Shown: positions 27,850 through 38,207 of the stretch, piece after piece
Position numbering within the stretch: the first letter of the stretch is position 1
How the letters are laid out: each line of letters opens with the position of its first letter
Assembly (NCBI GenBank): GCA_964231325.1
Contig: CAXRIF010000002.1
Coordinates: 287,138-351,137, forward strand
Direction: 5' to 3'
DNA: 64,000 nt
DNA from: Rickettsiales bacterium
Lineage (GTDB): Bacteria; Pseudomonadota; Alphaproteobacteria; Rickettsiales; SXRF01
Made by a program: the position numbers and the translations under genes
Notes under the pieces: generated by a model
Database searches by the model: none
The model's input: the letters and a program-made list of their open reading frames with translations, nothing else
What the model was told of the DNA's origin: nothing

Positions 27850-28976
27850 CAGAGCGCATTGAAGTAGCACTCGGTGATCGCAGCTACGACATCCTTATTG
27901 GAGAACGTTTACTGTCCAAAGCCGGAGAGCTTATAGCCCCTGTAATGCAAGGCAGCCAGGCCATTGTTATTACTGATAAAAATGTGGGAAAATTTTACCT
28001 GCACCGGCTCGGTAATGCGCTAGATGATGCCGGTATTCGTCATCGCTCTATTGTGTTAGAACCGGGTGAACATTCTAAAAGCCTTGAATCATTCAACACA
28101 CTAATTGAAGACCTATTACGTCAGCAACCGGATAGAAAAACAACGCTTATTGCACTCGGCGGTGGGGTGATTGGTGATATTACCGGATTTGCCGCCAGTG
28201 TACTATTACGTGGTGTTGATTTTATCCAGATTCCCACCACATTGCTCGCACAAATCGATAGTTCGGTCGGGGGCAAGACGGCTATTAATTCCCGCCTTGG
28301 TAAAAACCTGATTGGTAGTTTCCATCAACCCAGATTGGTGTTGGCAGATATCTCTACACTCGCCACATTGCCTAAGCGCGAGTTGATGGCGGGTTATGGA
28401 GAAATGCTAAAATACGCGCTGATTGGAGATGCGGATTTCTTCAGCTGGTTGGAAACCCATGCCACCGAGATGCTGGCGATTGACCCTACCCTGCCTACAC
28501 AAGATCATAGTGATTTGATTGCTGCTATTGTAAAAAGCTGTAAGGCTAAAGCGGCCATTGTAGCCGCAGATGAACGTGAGGCTGGTGCGCGAGCACTACT
28601 GAATTTTGGCCACACGTTTGCGCATGCACTGGAAGCAGAGACCGGGTTTTCTGAACTTTTACTTCATGGTGAGGCAGTAGCTATCGGCATGATGCTTGCC
28701 ACGCAGCTATCAGTAAAACTCGGAGAGTGCCCCCAGGAAGATTTGGAGCGAATACGGCAACACTATCAGGCGATGGAGCTATTGGAAAAACCCCGCCATG
28801 TGCAGTCCAAATGGGATGTGGATGCTCTGATGCAGCACTTTACCTATGATAAAAAAGCAGAAAATGGCAGCCCCACCTTTATTCTGTCTAAGGGAATTGG
28901 CCAGGCATTCATCCAGAAAAACAATGACATGGGGCTTGTGCGCGAGATACTTGCTAGCGCGTGTTCAGGCGTGTAG
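27846..28976 (+). CDS. aroB: 3-dehydroquinate synthase
   Basis: A 376-aa ORF with DHQS motifs (LGGGVIGDITGFAA, DSSVGGKTAIN, NFGHTFAHALE). Its start overlaps the aroK stop (ATGA). Confidence 0.95.
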   Translation: MTERIEVALGDRSYDILIGERLLSKAGELIAPVMQGSQAIVITDKNVGKFYLHRLGNALDDAGIRHRSIVLEPGEHSKSLESFNTLIEDLLRQQPDRKTTLIALGGGVIGDITGFAASVLLRGVDFIQIPTTLLAQIDSSVGGKTAINSRLGKNLIGSFHQPRLVLADISTLATLPKRELMAGYGEMLKYALIGDADFFSWLETHATEMLAIDPTLPTQDHSDLIAAIVKSCKAKAAIVAADEREAGARALLNFGHTFAHALEAETGFSELLLHGEAVAIGMMLATQLSVKLGECPQEDLERIRQHYQAMELLEKPRHVQSKWDVDALMQHFTYDKKAENGSPTFILSKGIGQAFIQKNNDMGLVREILASACSGV

Positions 28977-29012
28977 TATACGCTTCGTTAATTAAGAAAC
29001 ACGGTGAAAATC

Positions 29013-29531
29013 ATGTTAGCACCCGATACCGTATCGACAACAACACCCGTAATACGGGAGATGGATAAGGTCGATATTCCCGCCATGTGTGATATGGCTG
29101 CACGTGTATGGCGCGCACATTATGTGCCTGAAGTGGTTACCGCAGAGCAGATCGAATATATGCTGCCCATGCTCTATACACCTGAAATCATCATTCAAAA
29201 CATCCGTGAAAAACAACAACGTTTCTGGCTTACAGAAAATGATGGTAATCTGACAGGATATATTGCTGTCGAACCACTGAAAGACTCATCTTGGTTTATT
29301 GATAAGCTATATGTTGAGATGGACATTCAGCGTAACGGATTAGGAAGCACGTTGCTTAACCATGCAATTAAAACATTAAAACCCCGCACCCTGATGCTTC
29401 GGGTAAATAAGAGAAACTACAAAGCGATCAATTTTTATTTCCGTCACGGGTTTGTCATTGATTCACTGCACACGCTCGATATTGGCGGCGGCTTTGTTAT
29501 GGATGACTTTATCATGAAGAAAGTTCTGTAG
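29013..29531 (+). CDS. GNAT family N-acetyltransferase
   Basis: The acetyltransferase core is LYVEMDIQRNGLGSTLLNHAI...AINFYFRHGF. The start is ATG at 29013 or GTG at 29004. Confidence 0.75.
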   Translation: MLAPDTVSTTTPVIREMDKVDIPAMCDMAARVWRAHYVPEVVTAEQIEYMLPMLYTPEIIIQNIREKQQRFWLTENDGNLTGYIAVEPLKDSSWFIDKLYVEMDIQRNGLGSTLLNHAIKTLKPRTLMLRVNKRNYKAINFYFRHGFVIDSLHTLDIGGGFVMDDFIMKKVL

Positions 29532-29538
29532 CGTCACC

Positions 29539-30846
29539 ATGCCGGAACTTGATAGTGAACTAGCTTTTTATGGCCTAACCATCCTACTCTTTTTGCTGAT
29601 TTCGGCCTTTTTCTCAGCGTCCGAAACAGCACTTACCGCAGTATCGCGTGCCCGCATTTATCAACTGGTGATGGATGGTAACAAGCGTGCACGCACGGTG
29701 AGCAAACTTCGCCGCGAAAAAGAATCAATGATTGGTGCGATTTTGCTTGGTAATAATGCTGTCAATATTGCCTCCTCCGCTATTGCCACCCTACTTGCCA
29801 TCCAACTTTTTGGCGATGAGAATGGCCTGCTTTTTGTCACTATCGTAATGACGCTTATCGTAGTTATCTTTTGTGAGGTTTTACCCAAAACCTATGCCAT
29901 ACAAAACGCTGAACGTGTGTCTTTACTTTTCTCCCCGGCGCTGAGCATTATAGTAAAGCTGTTATCTCCCATCACACTAACCATTCAGCTATTTATACGT
30001 TCTTTGCTCAGGCTTTTCGGGATAGATATTACCAAAAGTAATATGCTGGTCTCCGCTACAGATGTGGTTCGGGGGACTATCGAATTACACCATCGCGAAG
30101 GCTCCATGATTAAACAAGATCGGGACATGTTAGGTAGTATTTTAGACCTACATGATATTGAGGTCGGCGACGTTATGCTTCACCGCAAAGAAGTGGAAAC
30201 GCTTAATGCCGACCAACCTGCTGATGAATTGGTGCAATGCGCAGTCACTAATAGCCATAGCCGCATTCCATTATGGCGCGACGACCCGGATAATATTATT
30301 GGACTGTTGCATGTGAAAGACTTAATCGCAACGCTCAATACTAATAATGGCACTATTACTAATGAACAAATCATTAGTATTGCTACTAAACCCTGGTTTA
30401 TTCCTGAAATCACCTCACTGCGCAGCCAGCTTATTGCCTTCCGCAACAGGCGCAAACATTTTGCGTTTGTGATTGATGAGTACGGCGATTGGCAGGGTAT
30501 TGTTACTCTGGAAGATATTATTGAAGAAATCGTCGGCGATATTGATGATGAACACGATGAGAGAACCAAAGATATTCAGAAACTCACCGAGCGCGTATAT
30601 CTCATTAATGGCAGCGCGACTTTGCGTGATGTGAACCGCCAGCTGGACTGGAGCCTGCCCGACGATGACGCATCGACCATGGCCGGCCTGCTTATCCACG
30701 AAGCACAAACGATCCCTGAAACCGGGGAACATTTTATCATGCATGGTTTTCGCTTTACGGTTGCTGAAAAGGAAGATACGCAGATTACCCTGCTTCGTGT
30801 TGAGCAACTGATTGAGGCCTATCCGCAGGATGATGTCGAACTGTGA
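29539..30846 (+). CDS. HlyC/CorC family transporter (DUF21/CNNM TM domain, CBS pair and CorC_HlyC domain)
   Basis: A 435-aa ORF with an N-terminal 4-TM domain, a CBS region (VGDVMLHRKEV...HSRIPLW...IIGLLHVKDL) and a C-terminal CorC domain. Confidence 0.9.
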   Translation: MPELDSELAFYGLTILLFLLISAFFSASETALTAVSRARIYQLVMDGNKRARTVSKLRREKESMIGAILLGNNAVNIASSAIATLLAIQLFGDENGLLFVTIVMTLIVVIFCEVLPKTYAIQNAERVSLLFSPALSIIVKLLSPITLTIQLFIRSLLRLFGIDITKSNMLVSATDVVRGTIELHHREGSMIKQDRDMLGSILDLHDIEVGDVMLHRKEVETLNADQPADELVQCAVTNSHSRIPLWRDDPDNIIGLLHVKDLIATLNTNNGTITNEQIISIATKPWFIPEITSLRSQLIAFRNRRKHFAFVIDEYGDWQGIVTLEDIIEEIVGDIDDEHDERTKDIQKLTERVYLINGSATLRDVNRQLDWSLPDDDASTMAGLLIHEAQTIPETGEHFIMHGFRFTVAEKEDTQITLLRVEQLIEAYPQDDVEL

Positions 30847-31040
30847 GCACGGGCGACAGAAGAGAGGGTTACATTGTGGAATATGTCGTGGTAGGTAAGT
30901 CCGTTAAAGTCACTGCATTTGATCCTTTGACGCTTAGGGAAGTGAGTATCGTTGGTGATACTAAGGTCCCTAAACATCAACTGGCCGAACTGGCGATACG
31001 AAAATTGAACTATGTACTGGGCAAAGAGAAAGACGAGTAA
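30843..31040 (+). CDS. Small conserved hypothetical protein (65 aa)
   Basis: The GTG start overlaps the upstream stop (GTGA) and the stop overlaps the PBP start (TAATG). The block YIVEYVVVGKSVKVTAFDPLTLREVSIVGD resembles a small alphaproteobacterial family whose name I am not sure of. Confidence 0.55.
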   Translation: MSTGDRREGYIVEYVVVGKSVKVTAFDPLTLREVSIVGDTKVPKHQLAELAIRKLNYVLGKEKDE

Positions 31041-33157
31041 TGGCGCTGTTTAAGAAACTTAAAAAAAGGCTCCGCCCGAAGCGCCGGAAATATCCCAAAT
31101 ATGGCTCGCGCAATATACCTAAGCTCGAATCGTCTAAAGTGCGTAAGGGTGCATCATCTTATAACCCTGCCGGTAAGAAGAAAAAAAAGAAGCGCAAAGG
31201 CAAAAAGAACAAACTAAGCGGATTTAAGCTCTTTCTCGTCCGTGTCATATTTCTTGGAGGCGTGGTCACTTTTGGTATCGTAAGCTGGTTCTGGTTATCA
31301 CTTCCAAACATCAATGAGCTGAACCGATTTACCAAAGCACCCAGCATTCTGATTAAAGCAGAAAATGGAAAAATCATTGGCAGCTTTGGTGATATTTACG
31401 GCGATTATGTAACGTTTGATCAGATGCCACAATCACTGGTGGACGCGGTGATGGCCACAGAAGATCGTAACTTCTACTATCACTTTGGAATTGACCCTTT
31501 GGGTCTGGCACGCGCAATGGTCGCCAATATTCGAGCTGGAAGAGTGGTGCAAGGTGGTAGCACCATCACCCAGCAGGTTGCTAAGAACGTATTTCTCACG
31601 CCAGAACGTTCTTTCACACGTAAATTCCGTGAAATGTTGCTCGCCTTCAAACTGGAATATCGTTTTACCAAAGAAGACATTATGAGCATTTACCTAAACC
31701 GCGTATATCTCGGTGCAGGTAACTATGGGGTGGATGCGGCATCACGCCGTTACTTTGGCAAATCCTCGCGTGATATTGGCCTTTCTGAAGCCGCCATTCT
31801 CGCTGGCCTGCTTAAAGCGCCATCGCGTTTCGCACCAACCAGCAACCCGAAGCTTTCGAAAAAGCGTGCTGAACAAGTGCTGCTTAACATGGAGGATGCG
31901 GGCTATTTGAATGATGAGCAAACCAAAAAAGCCATCGCAGACTTGACCCAGGCAATGAGCGAACGAAAACGCGATTCACAAAGCACCATGTATTTCGCTG
32001 ACTGGGTTGCCGATCAGGTGCCTGATTTTATTGGCAATGTAGAAGAAGATCTTGTCGTTACCACCACACTGGATTCCAATATGCAAGCCATGGGGGATAA
32101 AGCCATTGCAACCATTATGGATGCCAAGGAAACTGAAGAAAAGAATGCTTCGCAAGCAGCCCTGATTTCCATGGCGCGTGATGGTGCGGTGCGCGTAATG
32201 ATAGGTGGACGCAGTTATGGCAAAAGTCAGTATAACCGAGTCACACAAGCCAAACGTCAGCCTGGCTCTTCATTCAAACTGTTTGTCTATCTTGCGGGGC
32301 TGGAAGCGGGCATGACCCCGATGACCATTATCGAAGATGAACCGATTACTATTCAGCTACATCGTGGCAGCTGGACACCACGTAATTACACCGGAAGATA
32401 TGAAGGGCCTATTACTGCGAAAGAAGCCCTCACCCATTCGATCAACACCGTAGCGGTACGTATTGCGCAGGCCGTTGGGGTGGATAAAGTCCTTCACGTG
32501 GCACGACGCCTCGGTATTGAATCTGATCTGGATGCAGTACCCAGTATTGCACTTGGTTCGACTGAAACCACCTTGCTCGAGATGACTACCGCCTATGCAC
32601 ATCTGGCGGCTGGTGGTGCCATTGTAAAACCGTACGGTATTTTAAAAATTGATACGACCAGTGGCAAAACTATCTATGAGCGCAAGCCACCAAGAGGTGG
32701 TCGCGTGCTTAGCGCTAGCGTGGTGAGTATGATGAACGAAATGCTGATCAATGTGGTGACCAGCGGTACCGGTAGGCGTGCACGCATTGGCCGCACTGTC
32801 GCGGGCAAAACCGGCACCACTTCAGATTATAAAGACGCCCTGTTTATTGGTTATACGGGTAATCTTGCCACTGGCGTGTGGGTAGGCAATGACGATAACA
32901 AAAAAATGAAAAAAGTTTCTGGTGGCAATCTCCCTGCCAGCATTTGGCATGACTTTATGGCTGAGGCGACAGCCGGAATGGCCGCACGTGGTCTACCGAC
33001 AGAGTCTTACGATGATGCGCCCCTGCCTTGGCAGACACGTTCTGATTTCCCTACCGGTTCCGGCAATATTGTTGGCCAGCGTGATCCAGGTCGTGATTCA
33101 GATGAGCGTGACGTGGAGCTGGGCCCCTCCTTCTGGGATAAGCTATTCGGCAATTAG
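31040..33157 (+). CDS. mrcA: Penicillin-binding protein 1A family (bifunctional transglycosylase/transpeptidase)
   Basis: The GT51 motifs are EDRNFYYHFGID and GGSTITQQVAKN. The transpeptidase motifs are SSFK, SIN and KTGTT. The cytoplasmic tail is polybasic (GKKKKKKRKGKKNK). Confidence 0.9.
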   Translation: MALFKKLKKRLRPKRRKYPKYGSRNIPKLESSKVRKGASSYNPAGKKKKKKRKGKKNKLSGFKLFLVRVIFLGGVVTFGIVSWFWLSLPNINELNRFTKAPSILIKAENGKIIGSFGDIYGDYVTFDQMPQSLVDAVMATEDRNFYYHFGIDPLGLARAMVANIRAGRVVQGGSTITQQVAKNVFLTPERSFTRKFREMLLAFKLEYRFTKEDIMSIYLNRVYLGAGNYGVDAASRRYFGKSSRDIGLSEAAILAGLLKAPSRFAPTSNPKLSKKRAEQVLLNMEDAGYLNDEQTKKAIADLTQAMSERKRDSQSTMYFADWVADQVPDFIGNVEEDLVVTTTLDSNMQAMGDKAIATIMDAKETEEKNASQAALISMARDGAVRVMIGGRSYGKSQYNRVTQAKRQPGSSFKLFVYLAGLEAGMTPMTIIEDEPITIQLHRGSWTPRNYTGRYEGPITAKEALTHSINTVAVRIAQAVGVDKVLHVARRLGIESDLDAVPSIALGSTETTLLEMTTAYAHLAAGGAIVKPYGILKIDTTSGKTIYERKPPRGGRVLSASVVSMMNEMLINVVTSGTGRRARIGRTVAGKTGTTSDYKDALFIGYTGNLATGVWVGNDDNKKMKKVSGGNLPASIWHDFMAEATAGMAARGLPTESYDDAPLPWQTRSDFPTGSGNIVGQRDPGRDSDERDVELGPSFWDKLFGN

Positions 33158-33858
33158 CGATATTGATATAGCCGATGGCCGTAGCGCTTCAGCCATTTTT
33201 TCTGCGCTTCGTAAGCCGGGCATAACTCTGCCACATGCGCCCAGAATGCCTTGCTGTGATTCATTTCCGATAGATGCGCCACCTCATGACACACCACATA
33301 TTCCAGCACCTCGTATGGAGCAAAAACAAGCCGCCAGGAAAAGGATAGCCCCCCGGCTTGGGTGCAACTCCCCCAGTGTGAGGTGGTGTCACGCAGGCTG
33401 ATCTTAGTGGCTTTCTTTCCCAGTTGCTGTGCTTTTTCGTAAGCCAGGCGTGAAATTTCTTCTCTGGCTCGTTTTTTGAGCCAATCACTTACTCGTCTTG
33501 CAATAAATGCCGACTCACCAGGCACGACCAGCTTATCTTCTTCTATATACACCACCCCACGCCCACCCACATGTGTGATAGTGTAGTCCTTACCAAACAC
33601 GGGTATGCTTGCCCCATCTGCAATCAGCTTTTGCGCTGCATCACGAGGAAGCTGGGCCATGATCCAGTTTCTTTTTTCTTCAATGAAAGAGAGTCCTTGC
33701 TTGATGGACACATATCGGGGTAGAGTAAGCGCCAATGAATGAGTTAGAGGCTGGTAACGAATCACCATGCTTCGTGAGGTAGAAACCTTACGAATCTTAA
33801 TAGGTAGATCACCACCCTCATGGGTAAAAACGTAAGCGGTCTTTGGCTGCTGTTTCAT
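33154..33858 (-). CDS. M48-family metallopeptidase, YgjP-like (DUF45)
   Basis: The block WGSCTQAGGLSFSWRL and the zinc motif VCHEVAHLSEMNHSKAFW are typical of DUF45/YgjP. Confidence 0.85.
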   Translation of the reverse strand: MKQQPKTAYVFTHEGGDLPIKIRKVSTSRSMVIRYQPLTHSLALTLPRYVSIKQGLSFIEEKRNWIMAQLPRDAAQKLIADGASIPVFGKDYTITHVGGRGVVYIEEDKLVVPGESAFIARRVSDWLKKRAREEISRLAYEKAQQLGKKATKISLRDTTSHWGSCTQAGGLSFSWRLVFAPYEVLEYVVCHEVAHLSEMNHSKAFWAHVAELCPAYEAQKKWLKRYGHRLYQYR

Positions 33859-33871
33859 AAAGTGAATTTAT

Positions 33872-35692
33872 ATGCGATTTCCGCCGTCTTTCATAGAGCG
33901 TATACGCACCCACTCCCTGCTATCGGAAGTGATTGGCAAACGTATTACGCTTAAGAAGCATGGGCGCGAATATCAGGCGTGCTGTCCATTTCATAATGAA
34001 AAGACACCGTCGTTTACCGTAAATGACGAAAAAAACTTCTATCATTGCTTTGGTTGTGGTGCACATGGAGATGCGATTGGATTCCTGATGCAGCATCAAC
34101 GTATGTCATACCCAGAGGCAATTGAAACATTGGCTCGCGACGCAGGTATCGCCCTGCCCGTGCAAAGTCCTGAAGAACGACACAGAGCACAAGCAGAAAA
34201 AACACTTTACGATGTGTTGGAAGCGGCGTGTGCATGGTTTGAAAAACAATTGCGCGCTCCTGCCTATTTCACTGCACGTGATTACGCAGAAAAACGTGGC
34301 CTGTCGGATGAAACATTACGCAAATTCCGCATTGGTTATGCTCCGCCTGACAAAACGGCGCTGCATAAACACCTATTGGAGCTTGGTTTCTCGCAAAAAC
34401 TGCAGATAGAGGCCGGGCTTATCATCGCGCCGGATAATGGTAATGTATATGATCGTTTTCGTAGCCGCCTGATCTTTCCTATTCGCAATGCCTCGGGCAA
34501 AGTGGTCGCGTTTGGTGGCCGTTTACTCGATAGTGATAATAAAAAACTGGCCAAATATTTAAACTCTCCAGAAACCCCTGTGTTCAAGAAAGGGGAGCTG
34601 CTGTTTAACCTTGATCTGGCCAAACGCCCAGCGCGCGAAAACAACATCGCCGTGGTAATGGAAGGCTATATGGATGTAGTCGCCACTACACAATCCGGCA
34701 TTGACTATGCGCTGGCCACACTCGGCACCGCGGTTACACCAGAACATTTACGTTTGCTGTGGCAACTGGCGAAAGAACCAGTCATCTGTCTCGATGGCGA
34801 CGCGGCAGGTAAACGTGCCATGCTACGCGGTATTGAAATCGCCCTTCCACTACTCAAACCCGGTTGCAGTTTGCGCTTTGCCATATTGCCCAAAGGCGAA
34901 GACCCGGATTCCTATATACAAAAACACGGGAAAGCGAGCTTTGAGAAAGTTCTTGTCTCCTCCAAACGACTTTCGCAGGTGATATGGGAGACGCTTTTAC
35001 CGCAATTCAAAATTGATCTGCCAGAAGGCAAAGCCGCACTTGAAAACACACTCAATCAACTGGCAGGCAAAATCACCGATGCTACGGTGCGCCAGCACTA
35101 TCAATCCTATTTCAGGAAAATGCTCTGGGAGAAAAAGCCCACTACACAGAAACACGCAGCGACAAAACAGCGCTCGGCCCATGTAGAACGCATGGCCGTG
35201 CAACATTATTCAGCAGCGCTTGAAACCCTTACACGTCGTATGCTTAAAACGCTCATTCAGTTTCCTTCCCTTCTGCACAAAAGTAGTGTGGAAGAAACCT
35301 TATCGCGGCTTGATATACGCAGTTCGCACATGGACGCACTGCGCAATGCCTTGCTTTCTGCCGCCGGGGATACCAACATTGATGATCAAGCCAAATTCAT
35401 GGACTATATACGCTCACAACTCCCTGTTGAGTTGCTGGATGGGCTGCTAAATGACAACCTGAAACTCCCCTATGCCAATACGCTGACTATTGATGACGCG
35501 CTGATGTTATGGAACGAAACGGCAGACGCCTATCAAATCAGTCATTTAGAGTTTGAACTCAAAGAATTACAAGAAAACCTGGGCAATAATATGGATGAAG
35601 CTGCGTATCAACGATTAGTTGAGCTAAAACAGGCGCTTGACAATGCCCAACGCGGTCGCACTTTCAGCTCTGAAGCCTCAGACGTAGCCTAA
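33872..35692 (+). CDS. dnaG: DNA primase
   Basis: It has a zinc ribbon (CCPFHNEKTPSFTVNDEKNFYHCFGCGAHGD) and a TOPRIM region (VVMEGYMDV, LDGDAAG). It lies upstream of rpoD. Confidence 0.95.
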   Translation: MRFPPSFIERIRTHSLLSEVIGKRITLKKHGREYQACCPFHNEKTPSFTVNDEKNFYHCFGCGAHGDAIGFLMQHQRMSYPEAIETLARDAGIALPVQSPEERHRAQAEKTLYDVLEAACAWFEKQLRAPAYFTARDYAEKRGLSDETLRKFRIGYAPPDKTALHKHLLELGFSQKLQIEAGLIIAPDNGNVYDRFRSRLIFPIRNASGKVVAFGGRLLDSDNKKLAKYLNSPETPVFKKGELLFNLDLAKRPARENNIAVVMEGYMDVVATTQSGIDYALATLGTAVTPEHLRLLWQLAKEPVICLDGDAAGKRAMLRGIEIALPLLKPGCSLRFAILPKGEDPDSYIQKHGKASFEKVLVSSKRLSQVIWETLLPQFKIDLPEGKAALENTLNQLAGKITDATVRQHYQSYFRKMLWEKKPTTQKHAATKQRSAHVERMAVQHYSAALETLTRRMLKTLIQFPSLLHKSSVEETLSRLDIRSSHMDALRNALLSAAGDTNIDDQAKFMDYIRSQLPVELLDGLLNDNLKLPYANTLTIDDALMLWNETADAYQISHLEFELKELQENLGNNMDEAAYQRLVELKQALDNAQRGRTFSSEASDVA

Positions 35693-35811
35693 TTTCGTAA
35701 AATTAGATAAATACCCATTGAAAAAAATTAAAAATACCTTATTTCTAGCGTGTTTAACTGCGTCCATCCGGACGCATAGGGTGCAAATTATCTCGTAAGA
35801 AGGGATGAGGA

Positions 35812-38205
35812 ATGGTGAAAAGACGCACGGTAGCCAAAAAATCAACTGCAAAAAAAACGACTAAGGCTAAGGCGAAGCCTAAGAAGCCGGTCAAAAAGAC
35901 GGCTGCAAAAAAGGTAGCAAAGAAACCTGCTGCCAAGAAAAAAGTCGTAGCGAAGAAAAAGCCTGCAAAAAAAGTGGCTAAGAAGCCGGTTAAAAAGACG
36001 GTAGCAAAGAAGAAGCCTGCCGCCAAGAAACCAGCCAAAAAATCCGTAGCGAAGAAAAAGCCTGTGAAGAAGGTAGCCAAAAAACCGGTTAAGAAAGTAG
36101 CAAAGAAAACCACTTCCAAAACCGCGAAAAAAGTCGTAGCGAAGAAATCACCCGTTAAAAAAACAAAGCCTAGCAAAGCTTCTGTCAAAAAAGTTCAACC
36201 TAAAACCAAGAAGAAAACGCAAGTAGTGAGCAAGAAACCCGTAAAAAAAGCTGAAAAAATCAGCAAAACAAAAACACAAAATACCAAGAAAAAAACACCT
36301 GCCGCAAAGGAAACGGCGGCGAAGAAAGACACCGCAACGAAGGAACTTAAAGTTACCTTGGTGCGTAAGCTTCTGGCCATGGGTAAGGATAATGGCTACA
36401 TCACCTATGATGATCTGAATGGTGTATTGCCTCCTAAGGAATTTTCACCAGAAGTGATCGATGCAGCCATTGCGGCACTCGCACAATCGGACATTCAAGT
36501 AGTAGAAGAAGCGCCTGAAGCAGAAGAGAAAGAAGAGAAAGAAGAAGTTGAAAACACTGGCCGTTCGGATGATCCGGTGCGCATGTATTTGCGCGAGATG
36601 GGCAATGTAGAACTGCTTTCACGCGAAGGTGAGATTGAAATTGCGAAACGCATTGAAGCAGGCCGCGAAACCGTAATCAGCGCATTATGCGAATGCCCAC
36701 TGGTGATGAAGGAAATTCTTTCATGGCGCGATGAGCTTGATGCGGGCACCATGTTACTGCGTGACATTATCGACCTTGATGCCACCTATGGCGCGGGTAA
36801 TGATTCCAATGATTTTTCCGAAGAGATGGAAGAGGAAGAATTGGATGATGAGGACGTTGATGACGAAGATTCTGATGATGATGAGGATGAAGACGGCGAA
36901 GACGAAGATGAAACAGAAGAGGAAGAAGATGATACTACCGTCTCGCTTCTGGCTATGGAAACCGCCCTTAAACCTCAAATCCTAGAAACGCTCGATCAGT
37001 TTGCCAAGATCAGTAAGAAAATGCGCAATCTGCAAGAGAAGCGCCTGTCTAAGTCAATTGGTGAAGGCAAATACAGCAAGGATGATGAAAAGCTGTATCA
37101 AAAGCACCATCGCGACCTGGTGGAGCTGATGATGGGTGTACGTTTTACCATATATCGTGTGGAAAGCCTGATCTTAAAACTATACGTCATTCACCGTGAG
37201 TTAACCTCGCTGGAAACACGCTTGTTGAAACTGGCAGAAGCTCGCAAGGTGCCACGCAAAGCCTTTGTAGACGCTTATATGGGGCATGAGCTAGATCCGC
37301 ATTGGTTCAGAAAGCTAGGCCAGCGCAAGGAAAAAGGCTGGAAAGAATTTATAGCCAAAGACCGTAAAGAAATTGATGGTATCCGCGATGAAATGGGTAA
37401 GATCGCAGAAGCCGCTGGCTTGGAACTGGCTGAATTTAAGCGTATGATCCTTGCCGTACAAAAAGGTGAGCGTGACACGAATCGCGCGAAAAAGGAAATG
37501 ATCGAAGCGAACTTACGTTTGGTTATTTCTATTGCCAAGAAATATACTAACCGTGGCCTACAGTTCCTTGACCTTATTCAGGAGGGTAACATCGGCCTGA
37601 TGAAAGCGGTGGATAAGTTTGAATATCGCCGTGGCTATAAATTCTCGACCTATGCTACCTGGTGGATTCGTCAGGCCATTACGCGCTCTATTGCCGATCA
37701 GGCACGTACCATCCGTATTCCTGTGCACATGATCGAAACCATCAATAAAATCGTCCGCACCTCGCGTCAGATGCTGCATGAAATTGGCCGTGAACCAACG
37801 CCGGAAGAGCTAGCTGAGCGTCTGGTGATGCCACTGGATAAGGTGCGCAAGGTGATGAAAATTGCCAAGGAGCCCGTATCGCTGGAAACCCCGATTGGTG
37901 ATGAAGAGGATTCGCATCTGGGTGACTTCATTGAAGATAAAAATGCAGTGTTACCACTCGATGCAGCCATTCACAGCAACCTGCGCGAAACCACCACTCG
38001 AATTCTCGCCTCACTTACCCCGCGTGAAGAGCGTGTGCTGCGTATGCGTTTTGGTATCGGCATGAACACCGATCACACATTGGAAGAAGTGGGCCAGCAA
38101 TTCTCAGTAACGCGTGAGCGTATCCGTCAGATTGAGGCCAAAGCGCTGCGTAAATTGAAACACCCTAGCCGCTCTCGTAAACTTCGTAGTTTCCTGGATT
38201 ATTAA
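35812..38205 (+). CDS. rpoD: RNA polymerase sigma-70 factor RpoD with a roughly 175-aa Lys/Ala/Pro-rich N-terminal extension
   Basis: Regions 2-4 are canonical ([75 protein letters not shown]). No stop and no internal Met occurs between the ATG at 35812 and the region-1.1-like block [20 protein letters not shown]. Confidence 0.9.
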   Translation: MVKRRTVAKKSTAKKTTKAKAKPKKPVKKTAAKKVAKKPAAKKKVVAKKKPAKKVAKKPVKKTVAKKKPAAKKPAKKSVAKKKPVKKVAKKPVKKVAKKTTSKTAKKVVAKKSPVKKTKPSKASVKKVQPKTKKKTQVVSKKPVKKAEKISKTKTQNTKKKTPAAKETAAKKDTATKELKVTLVRKLLAMGKDNGYITYDDLNGVLPPKEFSPEVIDAAIAALAQSDIQVVEEAPEAEEKEEKEEVENTGRSDDPVRMYLREMGNVELLSREGEIEIAKRIEAGRETVISALCECPLVMKEILSWRDELDAGTMLLRDIIDLDATYGAGNDSNDFSEEMEEEELDDEDVDDEDSDDDEDEDGEDEDETEEEEDDTTVSLLAMETALKPQILETLDQFAKISKKMRNLQEKRLSKSIGEGKYSKDDEKLYQKHHRDLVELMMGVRFTIYRVESLILKLYVIHRELTSLETRLLKLAEARKVPRKAFVDAYMGHELDPHWFRKLGQRKEKGWKEFIAKDRKEIDGIRDEMGKIAEAAGLELAEFKRMILAVQKGERDTNRAKKEMIEANLRLVISIAKKYTNRGLQFLDLIQEGNIGLMKAVDKFEYRRGYKFSTYATWWIRQAITRSIADQARTIRIPVHMIETINKIVRTSRQMLHEIGREPTPEELAERLVMPLDKVRKVMKIAKEPVSLETPIGDEEDSHLGDFIEDKNAVLPLDAAIHSNLRETTTRILASLTPREERVLRMRFGIGMNTDHTLEEVGQQFSVTRERIRQIEAKALRKLKHPSRSRKLRSFLDY
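35818..36340 (+). repeat. Coding low-complexity tandem repeats (AKKPAKK / VAKKPVKK type) inside rpoD
   Basis: GTAGCGAAGAAAAAGCCTG recurs at 35947 and 36046, 99 bp (33 codons) apart. A related GTAGCGAAGAAA lies at 36136. Translation gives ...[22 protein letters not shown]... and ...[21 protein letters not shown].... Confidence 0.85.
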
Positions 38206-38207
38206 TC

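Noticed and set aside
35754-36188. A 144-aa minus-strand ORF rich in FFATFF/LTGFLA repeats
   Set aside because: It is the antisense shadow of the Lys/Ala/Pro repeat region of rpoD (AAG/AAA/GCN codons read backwards). It has no start context and the rpoD frame is clearly the real one.
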